Below are positions 31,129 through 40,884 of a stretch of 64,000 nt of DNA, in pieces. The position numbers and the translations under genes were made by a program. Each line of letters opens with the position of its first letter. The first letter of the stretch is position 1. The notes below the pieces were generated by a model. The model was not told where the DNA came from, did not search any database, and saw only the letters and a program-made list of their open reading frames with translations. Source of the DNA: Minisyncoccota bacterium (GTDB taxonomy: Bacteria; Patescibacteriota; Minisyncoccia; UBA6257; GWB1-50-10); assembly GCA_041917695.1 (NCBI GenBank), contig JAYRXE010000037.1, positions 434,582 to 498,581 on the forward strand, read 5' to 3'.

Positions 31129-31341
31129 TTATGCGGCAACTTTCCCCATGATCTCGCGGACCTTTCGTTCATCGATGCGCTTCAAAATCGCGCGGAATTT
31201 CTCATCGCGTTCGCGCTCCAAAGCAGCCATCTTCTTCAGATAGTCCGCGTAGGCGGCTTCAACCATCGCAATTTTTTCCGCCTCGCTGAATGCGCGGGGA
31301 GAAGTTGCGGGCGCCGTGTTTTTTTTGAAGAAGGAAAACAT
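31129..31341 (-). CDS. Small coiled-coil hypothetical protein
   Basis: 70 aa, tightly packed between neighbours. Confidence 0.7.
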   Translation of the reverse strand: MFSFFKKNTAPATSPRAFSEAEKIAMVEAAYADYLKKMAALERERDEKFRAILKRIDERKVREIMGKVAA

Positions 31342-31346
31342 AGGCG

Positions 31347-31673
31347 CTACACGCCGAGCAAAATCCCTTTGAAGTTTGCGATTTCTTCCTTCACGATCGC
31401 TTCGAGGTTCGGAATCTTCGCCGTCAAAAAAGCCATCATTGCTTCCGCCGATTCGTTCTCTTCGAGGATCTTCTCAAAAGCGACCTGGTCTTCCGCGCTT
31501 AAATTTTCGATGACGCGAAGCCATATTCCCTCGAGGGCGACCTTCCCCATTTCGCCGAGCATGCCGGCGCGCTCTTCGCTCGAAAGACTTTCAAGGTCCA
31601 GCTCCTTGAAAAGGTCGCGCGAGAGCAATGAATCGATTTTTGTTTTGTCGATAGCCATAGGTCTCGTATTCAT
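31347..31673 (-). CDS. DUF5663-like protein (start 31673 or 31658)
   Basis: ..ELDLESLS.EE.......M......I..RV...LS.ED...F.......FL..KIPN...IV.EE. Confidence 0.7.
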   Translation of the reverse strand: MNTRPMAIDKTKIDSLLSRDLFKELDLESLSSEERAGMLGEMGKVALEGIWLRVIENLSAEDQVAFEKILEENESAEAMMAFLTAKIPNLEAIVKEEIANFKGILLGV

Positions 31674-31708
31674 TTCGAGTATAGCACCGCCCCCCGCCTT
31701 CTTCCAGG

Positions 31709-32206
31709 CTACCGGACGTAACAATACAAGGGCGGCACTCCCTCGCGCCTGACAACCTTCCGCGGCTCCCACCCGGGGAGGGGCCAGACGTAAGCAATCG
31801 CACGCGCACCGGGGCGAAGCTCCCGTTTGAGCTTTTCCGCCATCTTCCCCGCAATGCGCGGAGTGAGGAAAAAGAATACAAGGTCGGCATGGGAAAGGTC
31901 CTTACTCCAAAAATCACCATACACGGCGCGGGCATTTTTCTTCCCCCGTAAACGAAGGCGGGCGAAGAGATATGGCAACAGGGAAACCTCATACCCCGTA
32001 GCATTCGCCCCCGTATCAGCCATGCGAATGAGGACTCGCCCGTCGCCGCACCCCAAATCGTACGCAATCTCCCCTTCCCGGATATCCGCGCTCTCCATCA
32101 GAGCGTCGAGCCCCGGTTTCATAATCGGCACCCACGGCGCGGCGCGGAGACCCGCATAGGCAGCGGTCAATATGACGAGCAGGGCGAGAAGGTAAAAAAC
32201 GGCCAC
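31709..32206 (-). CDS. Membrane-anchored class I SAM-dependent methyltransferase (FAM173-like)
   Basis: N-terminal TM, APWVP, YDLGCGDGR, LK.EL.PG. Confidence 0.85.
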   Translation of the reverse strand: MAVFYLLALLVILTAAYAGLRAAPWVPIMKPGLDALMESADIREGEIAYDLGCGDGRVLIRMADTGANATGYEVSLLPYLFARLRLRGKKNARAVYGDFWSKDLSHADLVFFFLTPRIAGKMAEKLKRELRPGARAIAYVWPLPGWEPRKVVRREGVPPLYCYVR

Positions 32207-32210
32207 GGAT

Positions 32211-34034
32211 TTATTCTACCGTGACGGACTTCGCAAGATTGCGGGGCTTATCCACGTTGTTCCCGCGTTCGACGCCGACATAGTAGGCAAAAAGCTGGAG
32301 CGGTATCACGGCAAGCAACGGCTCGAGCGGTTCGAGGGTTTTCGGGATAAAAAATACGTCGTCGGCGAGCGCTTCCGCCTGCGCATCCCCTTCGGTGGCG
32401 ATAACGAGCACGGGTCCTTTGCGCGCGCGGATCTCTTCGATATTGCCGTACATTTTCTCAACGATATCGTTTTGGGGCATGAGGGCGATGGTCGGGAAGT
32501 CCGGACTGATCATTGCAATCGGACCGTGCTTCATTTCGCCGCCCCCGTACCCTTCCGCATGTATGTAGGAAATCTCCTTGAGCTTCAAAGCGCCCTCCAT
32601 CGCAATGGGATAGCTGTAGCGCCTTCCGAGGAAAAGGAAGTCGCGATACCCGGCGTATTTTTTCGCCAATGCTTCTATCGTGTCCGCTTTTTCAAGAATC
32701 CCGCCGATTTTCTCCGGAATCGTTTCCAACTCCTTCATGAGAGCCATCATCTCCTCCGCGCTTTTCCCGGAAATGTAGAGGGCGATAAGAAGCAAAATCG
32801 CGTATTGCGAAACGAATGCTTTGGTAGAGGCGACGCCGATTTCCGGTCCCGCGTGATTGTAGACCCCTGCATCCGTTTCGCGCGCGATCGAGGAACCGAC
32901 GGCGTTCACGAGACCCAATGTCAAAAGCCCTTCTTCTTTCGCTTTCTTCACCGCCGCAAGCGTGTCGGCGGTTTCGCCGGACTGGGAAATGGCAAGCGCC
33001 ACCGTCCCTTCCTCGAACGGCTCAGTCCGATAGCGGAAGTCCGATGCGGTGTGGACTTCGGTCGGAATTCCTGCAAGCTCCTCGAAGACGTACTCGCCGA
33101 GGAGCCCCGCGTAATAGGATGTCCCGCAGGCGAGGATAACGAGCCGCTTGGTCTTCTTGAGTTTCTCTTTGATGCGTTCCAATCCTCCCAGGCGTACGCT
33201 TCCTTTTTTCGCATCGAGCCTCCCGCGGAACGCCGAGCGGATGATTTCCGGCTCCTCGAATATCTCTTTCAGCATGAAATGCGCGAAGTTTCCTTTTTGC
33301 GCCTGCTCAAGCGTCCATTCGAGTTCGATAACTTCGTGCGGCACTTCGTGCCGGTCGCGGTCGGTGACGGTCATCCCGTCGGGCCTGATCTCGGCGACCT
33401 CGCCGTCGTTCAAATAGACTATCTCCTTCGTCTTGCCGACCAGGGCCGACGGGTCGGAGGCGATAAAATGCTCCCCGTCGCCGATGCCGATAACGAGCGG
33501 ACTCCCCAGGCGCGCGGCGTAAAGCGTGCCGTCATCTTTCGCATCCAAAACCGCAAGCGCGTAAGCTCCGCGTATCATCGAAAGCATGTCGAAAAAGGCG
33601 GAGGCGAAGTCCCGCCCCTGGTTTAAAAAATCCTCAATGAGGTGCGCCACGACCTCCGTGTCGGTTTCGGAAACGAACGTATGCCCGCGCTTTTTCAAGT
33701 AATCGCGGAGTTCCTTATAGTTTTCAATGATGCCGTTGTGCACGACGACGACCTGTTCGGTGCAATCAACGTGCGGATGCGCGTTTGCCTCGTTCGGTTC
33801 GCCGTGCGTTGCCCAGCGCGTGTGCCCTACGCCGACACGGCCCGTAGGACCACTTTTCTTCAGGCGGTCTTCGAGCACGGCAACCTGTCCCACCGTCCGT
33901 TCGCGGAAGACCTTTCCGCTCGAAATAAGCGCCACGCCCGCTGAATCGTATCCGCGGTATTCAAGCGCCAAAAGCCCGTTAATGAGTATCGGCAGGGCTT
34001 CTTTTTTTCCGGTGTATGCAACGATTCCGCACAT
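32211..34034 (-). CDS. glmS: Glutamine--fructose-6-phosphate transaminase
   Basis: MCGI, LEYRGYDSAG, GHTRWATHG, SQSGETADT, PRNLAKSVTVE. Confidence 0.97.
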   Translation of the reverse strand: MCGIVAYTGKKEALPILINGLLALEYRGYDSAGVALISSGKVFRERTVGQVAVLEDRLKKSGPTGRVGVGHTRWATHGEPNEANAHPHVDCTEQVVVVHNGIIENYKELRDYLKKRGHTFVSETDTEVVAHLIEDFLNQGRDFASAFFDMLSMIRGAYALAVLDAKDDGTLYAARLGSPLVIGIGDGEHFIASDPSALVGKTKEIVYLNDGEVAEIRPDGMTVTDRDRHEVPHEVIELEWTLEQAQKGNFAHFMLKEIFEEPEIIRSAFRGRLDAKKGSVRLGGLERIKEKLKKTKRLVILACGTSYYAGLLGEYVFEELAGIPTEVHTASDFRYRTEPFEEGTVALAISQSGETADTLAAVKKAKEEGLLTLGLVNAVGSSIARETDAGVYNHAGPEIGVASTKAFVSQYAILLLIALYISGKSAEEMMALMKELETIPEKIGGILEKADTIEALAKKYAGYRDFLFLGRRYSYPIAMEGALKLKEISYIHAEGYGGGEMKHGPIAMISPDFPTIALMPQNDIVEKMYGNIEEIRARKGPVLVIATEGDAQAEALADDVFFIPKTLEPLEPLLAVIPLQLFAYYVGVERGNNVDKPRNLAKSVTVE

Positions 34035-34146
34035 GTTTTTTGAGTTCCTTTATTCTACCAAAAGGACGGACCCATCCTCTCTTAACGGCGTGCCCCTCCA
34101 TCTGGGACAAGTTGAGGTTTTAGGCAATTCGCGTAAAATGTGGCTT

Positions 34147-34437
34147 ATGGAACGCGCTCGCCTTATCGCACTTGCCGTCGTCGCTGTGATCCTCGGCATT
34201 ATGGCGTGGTCCCTGCGGGGCGAGCGCAAGGCCATCGAAACATCCGTTCGAGAGCTCCGCGAAAAACAGCAACGGGTCGACGAGGAAAACCGCCAATTAG
34301 CGGAACGGATAGAATATTTCAAGATTCCTGAAAACCTGCTCAAGGAATCGCGCGCGCAATTCAATTACGTATTGCCGGGCGAGAAGCTCATTATCCTCGT
34401 TCCCGAGGCCACATCATCAGCTCATTCGGAACAATAA
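34147..34437 (+). CDS. Septum formation initiator (FtsB/DivIC family)
   Basis: TM, coiled coil, then R..FNY..PGEK.II. Confidence 0.75.
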   Translation: MERARLIALAVVAVILGIMAWSLRGERKAIETSVRELREKQQRVDEENRQLAERIEYFKIPENLLKESRAQFNYVLPGEKLIILVPEATSSAHSEQ

Positions 34438-34438
34438 T

Positions 34439-34509
34439 GCGGGATTCGTTCAGTGGTAGGACGCGACCTTCCCAAGGTTGAGATACGGGTTCGATTCCCG
34501 TATCCCGCA
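34439..34509 (+). tRNA. tRNA-Gly(CCC)
   Basis: GCGGGAT..ATCCCGC-A, loop TT-CCC-AA, GTTCGATTC. Confidence 0.95.
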
Positions 34510-34550
34510 CATAAACATGAACCCACGAAAGATCGTGGGTTCATGCTTCC

Positions 34551-34673
34551 TACGGGAATCGAACGCGTATGGGGTCGGGAGCGGCGCAACGCTCCCGTGG
34601 AGGAGACGCTTAAGAACCGAGAGGTTCTTAAGGAGCGAAGCGACTTGAGATTTTCCCATATCCCGCACATAAA
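34551..34673 (+). mobile_element. tRNA-linked structured element, Gly copy
   Basis: Inverted T-arm TACGGGAATCGAAC, 40-bp core identical to 60115-60154, TTAAGAACC hairpin, 20/21 direct repeat of tRNA 3' end (34653-34673 vs 34495-34515); mobility inferred. Confidence 0.7.
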
Positions 34674-34674
34674 A

Positions 34675-34704
34675 CTAAAACCTCCGCATACGCGGAGGTT
34701 TTAG
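34675..34704. terminator. Bidirectional terminator after fusA / tRNA-Gly element
   Basis: CTAAAACCTCCGC-ATAC-GCGGAGGTTTTAG. Confidence 0.75.
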
Positions 34705-34712
34705 CTAGATAA

Positions 34713-36827
34713 TTACTTCTGTTTGCCTTCGATAATGGTCTGCGCGATATTGTTCGGCGTCTCTGCGTAGTGGCTGAACTCCATGGTGAAGGACGCCCGG
34801 CCCTGCGTCATCGAGCGGAGCTTCGTCACGTATCCGAACATTTCGGAAAGCGGAACCTCGGCATCCACGACGCGCACCGAACCGCGCTCGCCCATCTCCG
34901 TGATCTTCGCGCGCTTCGAGGAAAGGTCGCCCGTCACATCGCCCAGGAAATCGGGCGGAACCGTCACCTGCACTTTCATGATCGGTTCAAGGATGACGAG
35001 CTTCGCCTGCTTCGTCGCTTCCTGGAGCGCCATTGCGCCCGCGATCTGGAAGGCGATTTCAGACGAGTCGACTTCGTGGTAGGAACCGTCGTAGAGCGTC
35101 ACCTTCAAATCGGTAAGCGGGAAACCGGCGAGCACGCCTTTCGAAACCGCATCCTTCAAGCCTTTTTCGACGGCCGGAACGAATTCCTGCGGAATAACGC
35201 CGCCTTTGATGGCGTTCACAAACTCATAGCCCGTACCGCGCTCCATCGGCTCAACTTCAAGGCGCACGTGGCCGTACTGTCCGCGTCCGCCGGACTGGCG
35301 GATATATTTGCCTTCCGCTTTCGCCGTGCCTTTGATGGTTTCCTTGTAGGCAACCTGCGGGCGGCCGACGTTCGCTTCAACGGAGAATTCACGCTTCATG
35401 CGGTCGACAAGCACTTCGAGGTGGAGTTCGCCCATGCCGGCAATAAGCGTCTCGCCCGTTTCGGCATCACCGCTCACCTTAAAGGTCGGGTCTTCATCCG
35501 CGAGGCGGCGAAGCGCCAAACCCATCTTTTCCTGGTCGGCTTTGGATTTCGGCTCAATACGGATGGAGATAACGGGTTCGGGGAAGGTGATCTTTTCAAG
35601 GACGATTGGGTTTTCCGGGTCGGAAAGCGAATCGCCGGTACCCGTGCTCTTCAAGCCTACGATCGCGCCCAAGTCGCCGGCGTAGATCTCATCCACTTCT
35701 TCGCGGTGATTTGCATGCATGCGGACGATACGGCCGATGCGCTCCTGCGTGTTTTTCGTGCTATTTAAGATGTAGCTCCCCTTCTTCAAGGTTCCCGAAT
35801 ACACGCGGAAAAAGGTCAGCGAGCCGACAAACGGGTCGGAGGCGATCTTAAAAGCAAGCGCCGCAAGCGGAACGTTATCCTTGGGGAGGCATTCAACTTC
35901 CTTCCCGTCCGGGGTCGTTCCCTTTTTCGGCGGGATATCGAGCGGAGACGGCAAATAGTCGATGACGGCATCAAGCATGAGCTGGACACCCTTGTTCTTT
36001 AAGGCACTTCCGCAGAAGACCGGCACCAGGCGGTTCACGAGGGTCGCCTTGCGAAGCGCAGCCTTGAGGGCGGGTACGTCAATCTCCTCACCGGCAAGAT
36101 ATTTTTCGAGCAAGGCATCGTCCGTCTCGGCGATTTTCTCGACAAGCGCATGGCGGCGTTTTTCCGCTTCCGCCTTCATGTCTTCCGGAATGTCCTTGTG
36201 GATGATTTTCTCTCCCCGGTCCCCTTCGAAGGTCACCGCTTTCATTTCCATGAGATCCACGACTCCCTCGAAGTTCGATTCCTCGCCGATGGCCATGTGG
36301 AGCGCGACGGCGTTCTTCGTAAGCCGGTCGACGATGGAAGCGAAGCTCCGGTCGAAGCTCGCGCCCATGCGGTCCAGCTTGTTGATGAAACAAATGCGGG
36401 GAACGTTGTAATCGTCCGCATAGTGCCAGTTCGTTTCCGACTGGGGCTCCACGCCAGCAACGCCGTCAAAGACAACGACGGCACCGTCCAGAACGCGCAA
36501 CGAGCGCTTCACTTCGACGGTGAAGTCGATGTGTCCCGGAGTATCGATGATGTTCATCCGGTATTCGTGCGCCTTCGACTTCGGATCGGTCTTGTCGAAT
36601 TTCGTCGGAATCCAGAAACACGTGGTCGCGGCGGCGGTGATGGTGATACCGCGTTCGCGTTCCTGCTCCATCCAGTCCATGGTCGCCTCGCCTTCGTGCA
36701 CCTCGCCTATCTTGTGGGAAATGCCGGTATAGAAAAGTACGCGCTCGGAAACCGTCGTCTTGCCGGCGTCGATGTGCGCAATGATGCCAATGTCCCGAAC
36801 CCGCTCAAGAGGATATTGCCTGGGCAT
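34713..36827 (-). CDS. fusA: Elongation factor G
   Basis: [38 protein letters not shown]. Confidence 0.98.
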   Translation of the reverse strand: MPRQYPLERVRDIGIIAHIDAGKTTVSERVLFYTGISHKIGEVHEGEATMDWMEQERERGITITAAATTCFWIPTKFDKTDPKSKAHEYRMNIIDTPGHIDFTVEVKRSLRVLDGAVVVFDGVAGVEPQSETNWHYADDYNVPRICFINKLDRMGASFDRSFASIVDRLTKNAVALHMAIGEESNFEGVVDLMEMKAVTFEGDRGEKIIHKDIPEDMKAEAEKRRHALVEKIAETDDALLEKYLAGEEIDVPALKAALRKATLVNRLVPVFCGSALKNKGVQLMLDAVIDYLPSPLDIPPKKGTTPDGKEVECLPKDNVPLAALAFKIASDPFVGSLTFFRVYSGTLKKGSYILNSTKNTQERIGRIVRMHANHREEVDEIYAGDLGAIVGLKSTGTGDSLSDPENPIVLEKITFPEPVISIRIEPKSKADQEKMGLALRRLADEDPTFKVSGDAETGETLIAGMGELHLEVLVDRMKREFSVEANVGRPQVAYKETIKGTAKAEGKYIRQSGGRGQYGHVRLEVEPMERGTGYEFVNAIKGGVIPQEFVPAVEKGLKDAVSKGVLAGFPLTDLKVTLYDGSYHEVDSSEIAFQIAGAMALQEATKQAKLVILEPIMKVQVTVPPDFLGDVTGDLSSKRAKITEMGERGSVRVVDAEVPLSEMFGYVTKLRSMTQGRASFTMEFSHYAETPNNIAQTIIEGKQK

Positions 36828-36836
36828 AGGAGAGAA

Positions 36837-37307
36837 TTAACGGACGAAGCTCGCGAATGCACGGTTCGCTTCGGCCATGCGGTGCGTGTCCTGCTTCTTC
36901 TTGATGGCGGTGCCTTCGTTCTTTGCGGCGGCGATAAGCTCTTCAGCGAGCTTCTTGCCCATCGGGGCGCCTTTGCGCTTTCGCGCGGCTTCGATGATCC
37001 AGTGGCTTGCAAGGAAAAACTTGCGTTCCGGGCGCACATCGCGGGGAACCTGGTAGTTCGCACCGCCCACGCGCTTCGAAACGACCTGCACGAGCGGCGA
37101 AGCGTTCAAAATAGCCTTATCAAAGACCGCAACGGCGTCTTCCTTGGTCGCCTTCTCGATTTCCGCGAGGGCGGCGTAGAAAACCTTTTCAGCCGTCGCC
37201 TTCTGGCCGTCGGCCATGAGATAGTTGATGAAACGGGCGGCATCCACGCGATTGTGGAGGAAATCGCCCTTCAAAACGTTTTTCTTATAGGAACCTCTTT
37301 TGCGCAT
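36837..37307 (-). CDS. rpsG: 30S ribosomal protein S7
   Basis: RVGGANYQVP, HRMAEANRAFA. Confidence 0.97.
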   Translation of the reverse strand: MRKRGSYKKNVLKGDFLHNRVDAARFINYLMADGQKATAEKVFYAALAEIEKATKEDAVAVFDKAILNASPLVQVVSKRVGGANYQVPRDVRPERKFFLASHWIIEAARKRKGAPMGKKLAEELIAAAKNEGTAIKKKQDTHRMAEANRAFASFVR

Positions 37308-37315
37308 GTTTCAAA

Positions 37316-37732
37316 TTATGATTTTTTTTCCTTTTTCGCACCGTATTTCGAGCGCTGTTGTTTGCGCTTCGCAACTCCCTGCGTGTCCAAGACGCCGCGG
37401 ACGATGTGGTAGCGGACGCCGGGAAGGTCTTTCACGCGGCCTCCGCGGATAACGACGACGGAGTGTTCCTGGAGGTTGTGTCCCTCGCCCGGAATATAGG
37501 CTGTGACTTCCATGCCGTTCGTAAGGCGCACGCGGGCGACCTTGCGGAGGGCTGAGTTCGGCTTTTTCGGGGTGGTGGTGAAAACCTTGATGCACACGCC
37601 GCGCTTGAAAGGCGACGCGGAATTGACGGGCTTGTTATGGATTGAGTTGAAATACAAACCCAAAGCCGGCGCCTTCTTCTTTTTCGGGGCGCTTTTTCTT
37701 CCTTTTTTGATGAGTTGATAGGTCGTCGGCAT
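37316..37732 (-). CDS. rpsL: 30S ribosomal protein S12
   Basis: [25 protein letters not shown]. Confidence 0.98.
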   Translation of the reverse strand: MPTTYQLIKKGRKSAPKKKKAPALGLYFNSIHNKPVNSASPFKRGVCIKVFTTTPKKPNSALRKVARVRLTNGMEVTAYIPGEGHNLQEHSVVVIRGGRVKDLPGVRYHIVRGVLDTQGVAKRKQQRSKYGAKKEKKS

Positions 37733-37806
37733 AAAAAAATAAGCGGTTTGCTTATTCAATTAACTGAATCGAGCTTATTTAGAATAGCCCGCGTGGGGGT
37801 AAAAAG

Positions 37807-38421
37807 TCAACCCGAGAGGCCTGTGAATATGCGGAAAAGGTACATAACCGCCGGGGAAAGGAAATTGAGGCCGGAAAAGATGAGGATAATGAGGATAATG
37901 AATCCGTACCGCTCGAGAACGCCCTGGAAGGCATCCGTACTGCGCGGGAGGAAGCCGAAAAGAATCTTCGAGCCGTCGAGGGGCGGAATGGGAATAAGGT
38001 TGAAAACGGCAAGGGCGATATTGATGAGAATGACCGTCGCCAAAAGCTCGACGGATTGCGCCGAAAGGAATGCTCCGCCAAAACGGAAGAGCGCGGCGAA
38101 AATGAGAGCGATGGAAATGTTCGTGAGGGGCCCCGCCGCAGCGACGAGCGCTCCCCCTTTCCGCGGGTCTTTGAGGTTATACGGATTGTACGGGACCGGT
38201 TTCGCCCACCCGAAAACCACGCCTCCGGGAATGAGCGCCAAAAGAAGCGGAAGAATCACCGAACCGATGGGGTCGATATGCTTTAACGGATTCAACGTTA
38301 ATCTTCCCGCCAGGCGGGCGGTGTGGTCCCCCAGCCGGAGCGCCATGAGGCCGTGCGCCACTTCATGGACAACCACCGAAAAAAGCAGTACGATGAGCTG
38401 AAAAATAAAGAAGAAATCCAT
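37807..38421 (-). CDS. Site-2 protease (M50 family)
   Basis: HEVAH, GRLTLNP..HID, FNLIPIPPLDG. Confidence 0.93.
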   Translation of the reverse strand: MDFFFIFQLIVLLFSVVVHEVAHGLMALRLGDHTARLAGRLTLNPLKHIDPIGSVILPLLLALIPGGVVFGWAKPVPYNPYNLKDPRKGGALVAAAGPLTNISIALIFAALFRFGGAFLSAQSVELLATVILINIALAVFNLIPIPPLDGSKILFGFLPRSTDAFQGVLERYGFIILIILIFSGLNFLSPAVMYLFRIFTGLSG

Positions 38422-38471
38422 TGCCTTTACGCATTAGTATAGCACGTGAAAAGGCATCGGCGCCCCCCACC

Positions 38472-39086
38472 ATGAAAAAGACCATTTTGATACTCCTCTC
38501 CATCGCCTTCGGCGTCCTTGTCTTTCTCGTAGGCGCGTATTTCATCGCGGTCTCGACTATCAAAAAGAGTGAGCCGCAGGTCGCTTCGGAGCAGACCGGG
38601 AGTTTCGTCACCAATCCGCAATCGGGTGGAGGCGGCACATCGACCACCACCGTCATCACCACGCCGGGAACCATCGTCTACCCGTCATCGACCGGCACGA
38701 GCACCGTCCAAAACCCCATCACCATCTCCGCCTCCATCGTCGTCCAAAGCGGTCCCGCGACCTTCATCGTTGAAAACGTCTCGCAGGCGGATGGCACCGT
38801 CATCGTCGGATTCAAAATCATCACGAACGCCTCGGGAAATGTGGCGGTCGATCCCGGGCAATTTTTGAAGATTATCGATTTGTCGGGAGGCGTTACCGCT
38901 CCCCGTGTCCTCCAGGGCGACGATTTCCGGAATATCCCGCCGAACTCGGAAATATTCGGAAATGCCATCTTTTTCCTCTCGAAGGACAAGCCTTCCGTCA
39001 TCCTCCAGGTCGGTCCCGATTCGTCGGCGCGATACTACGAATTCGACTTCATCCGGCGCGTCTATCGGTCGGTAACGGTGGGCTAA
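38472..39086 (+). CDS. Membrane-anchored hypothetical protein with Ig-like C-terminal domain
   Basis: N-terminal TM, Thr/Gly linker, beta-rich domain. Confidence 0.7.
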   Translation: MKKTILILLSIAFGVLVFLVGAYFIAVSTIKKSEPQVASEQTGSFVTNPQSGGGGTSTTTVITTPGTIVYPSSTGTSTVQNPITISASIVVQSGPATFIVENVSQADGTVIVGFKIITNASGNVAVDPGQFLKIIDLSGGVTAPRVLQGDDFRNIPPNSEIFGNAIFFLSKDKPSVILQVGPDSSARYYEFDFIRRVYRSVTVG

Positions 39087-39125
39087 ACTTGCCCTGGAAC
39101 CCAAAAAAGGCTACAGTATACACCT

Positions 39126-39341
39126 ATGCGAGCTTGCGAAATTTGCGAAAAATCCTATAAAGGCGGCGGAACGAGGAAACTTCTCCGCGGCCACCATAAC
39201 CCGACGGCCTACGGCAAAAAGCGGGCGAATCTCCAATGGGCGATCGACCCGAAGACCGGAAAGCGCATGACGCTCTGTACGAAATGCATCCGGACGCTTT
39301 CAAAAACCCGGAAGCCGAAAGCGACCGTCAAAACCGCCTAA
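39126..39341 (+). CDS. rpmB: 50S ribosomal protein L28
   Basis: C..C.K...ANLQ...CTKCIRT. Confidence 0.88.
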   Translation: MRACEICEKSYKGGGTRKLLRGHHNPTAYGKKRANLQWAIDPKTGKRMTLCTKCIRTLSKTRKPKATVKTA

Positions 39342-39352
39342 CGGCGGTTTTT

Positions 39353-39811
39353 TTAGCGCAGACTTAAGCGCATCCGCATCAAACGGCTCAATCTCGCTTT
39401 CCCGCTTTTCTTAAAACCCGCCTTTTCGTACGAAGCGATAGCCCGGATATTCGTCTTGCGCACCTCCAAAATCACGCTCTCCACTCCCCTTCGCCGGGCG
39501 AGTGAAACCATCTTTACAATAGCCTCTGTACCAATGCCTTTCCCCCAAAAAGGCTTCTCACCGATAACGATGATTATCTCCATACTTCTCTTGGTGCGGT
39601 ACTCGAGCGCAACATGCCCGACAATCCTTCGTCCTGCAACAATCATGCGGTGAATGTCTTTTTTTAAGGCAGTGAGCGAATTGAAGTATTTCGGAATATC
39701 CTCCTTGCGCGCCCTCGAGCCGCTGGTGAGCCTCGCGAGCACGGGATCGCGCCACCATTTTGAAAAATAACGTATATCGGTCGGCGTGATTTTCCGCAAC
39801 GTGACTTTCAT
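39353..39811 (-). CDS. GNAT (RimJ/RimL-like) acetyltransferase
   Basis: IGE...WGKGIGTEA, N.RAI..YEKAGF. Confidence 0.88.
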   Translation of the reverse strand: MKVTLRKITPTDIRYFSKWWRDPVLARLTSGSRARKEDIPKYFNSLTALKKDIHRMIVAGRRIVGHVALEYRTKRSMEIIIVIGEKPFWGKGIGTEAIVKMVSLARRRGVESVILEVRKTNIRAIASYEKAGFKKSGKARLSRLMRMRLSLR

Positions 39812-39816
39812 AGGTG

Positions 39817-39887
39817 TCGGGCTGCCGGGAATTGAACCCGGTCTACATGCACCCCATGCATGCGTACTACCGGTATACTACAGCCCG
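39817..39887 (-). tRNA. tRNA-Pro(GGG)
   Basis: CGGGCTG..CAGCCCG-A, loop AT-GGG-GT, GTTCAATTC. Confidence 0.92.
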
Positions 39888-39972
39888 ATATTTACCTAAG
39901 GATTCTAATTGAGAAAAAAAATATCCGCAATTGAGCGGATATTCGTTAGTCCTTTTACGCGCTGATTTAGGC

Positions 39973-40878
39973 TTAGATATGCAGATACCGGCGGATGGCG
40001 ATCACCGAGGAGACAATGCCGAGACCAATGCCGAAAAGGACTTGATAGAAGAAGAGTGAGACGAAATGGCTCTTGAAATACCCCATGAGGGAAACTTCGG
40101 GAATGAAATTTGAAATATAGGGCGACGTGAAGCTCAGAATGGGGATGAAAAGCAGGAAGCTGGCGATTGCTCCGATGACGCCATAGAGGATGCCGTTCAC
40201 GATGTACGGACCGCGGATGAAATTATTTGAAGCGCCCACGAGCCGCATCACGGCGAGCTCCTCGCTGTTCGAAAAGATGGCGAGACGGATGGTGTTAAAG
40301 GTAATCATGATGGCGAGGAATGAGAGGAAAAAGGTAAGCACTGCTCCCCCGCTTTTGATGGTGTCCACAAAGGCGATGAGGCGGTCGATGACCAAATGGT
40401 TTTGCGCATAGGTAACCTTTTCAATCTGGTCCTTGAACGCGGGCTTATCGAGATAGGCGGCGATGGAGCTATAGTGGCGGGGATCCTGCGCCTTGATGTT
40501 CAAGGACGCGAGCAGAGGGTTCTCCTCGAGCTGGTCGAGCGTCTCGGTTATCACCGGATCGTTTTTGTGCTGTTCACGGAACACGACGAGTGCCTCGTCG
40601 CGGGAAATGTATTGCACGCTTTTCACCTCTTCCAATCCTTCAAGCGAACGTTTGATGTTCAAAATCGAATCTTCGGCGACATTCGTCTTAAAATAGACGC
40701 TCACGTCGATCTTGTCCTGGATTGCCGCGACGGCGCCATTCGAGAGGACATTGAAAATGATGAGCCCCTCGAAGACGACGAGCGCGAGGACCATGATGCT
40801 GATGGTCGAGGCCGAAAGCCATGCGTTCCGAAGGAAGCTGTTGATGCCGTATTTGAAAATGCGAAGGAGTTTTACCAT
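39973..40878 (-). CDS. ftsX: Cell division permease FtsX
   Basis: RN.WLS.., NPL.AS, NTIRLAI....E..VMRLVGAS..FI.GP. Confidence 0.94.
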   Translation of the reverse strand: MVKLLRIFKYGINSFLRNAWLSASTISIMVLALVVFEGLIIFNVLSNGAVAAIQDKIDVSVYFKTNVAEDSILNIKRSLEGLEEVKSVQYISRDEALVVFREQHKNDPVITETLDQLEENPLLASLNIKAQDPRHYSSIAAYLDKPAFKDQIEKVTYAQNHLVIDRLIAFVDTIKSGGAVLTFFLSFLAIMITFNTIRLAIFSNSEELAVMRLVGASNNFIRGPYIVNGILYGVIGAIASFLLFIPILSFTSPYISNFIPEVSLMGYFKSHFVSLFFYQVLFGIGLGIVSSVIAIRRYLHI

Positions 40879-40884
40879 AAAAAT

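Noticed and set aside
39888-39972. tRNA-linked element at tRNA-Pro
   Set aside because: tRNA-Pro 3' end runs directly into the GNAT gene; the hairpin at 39920-39943 is upstream and is best read as the ftsX terminator.
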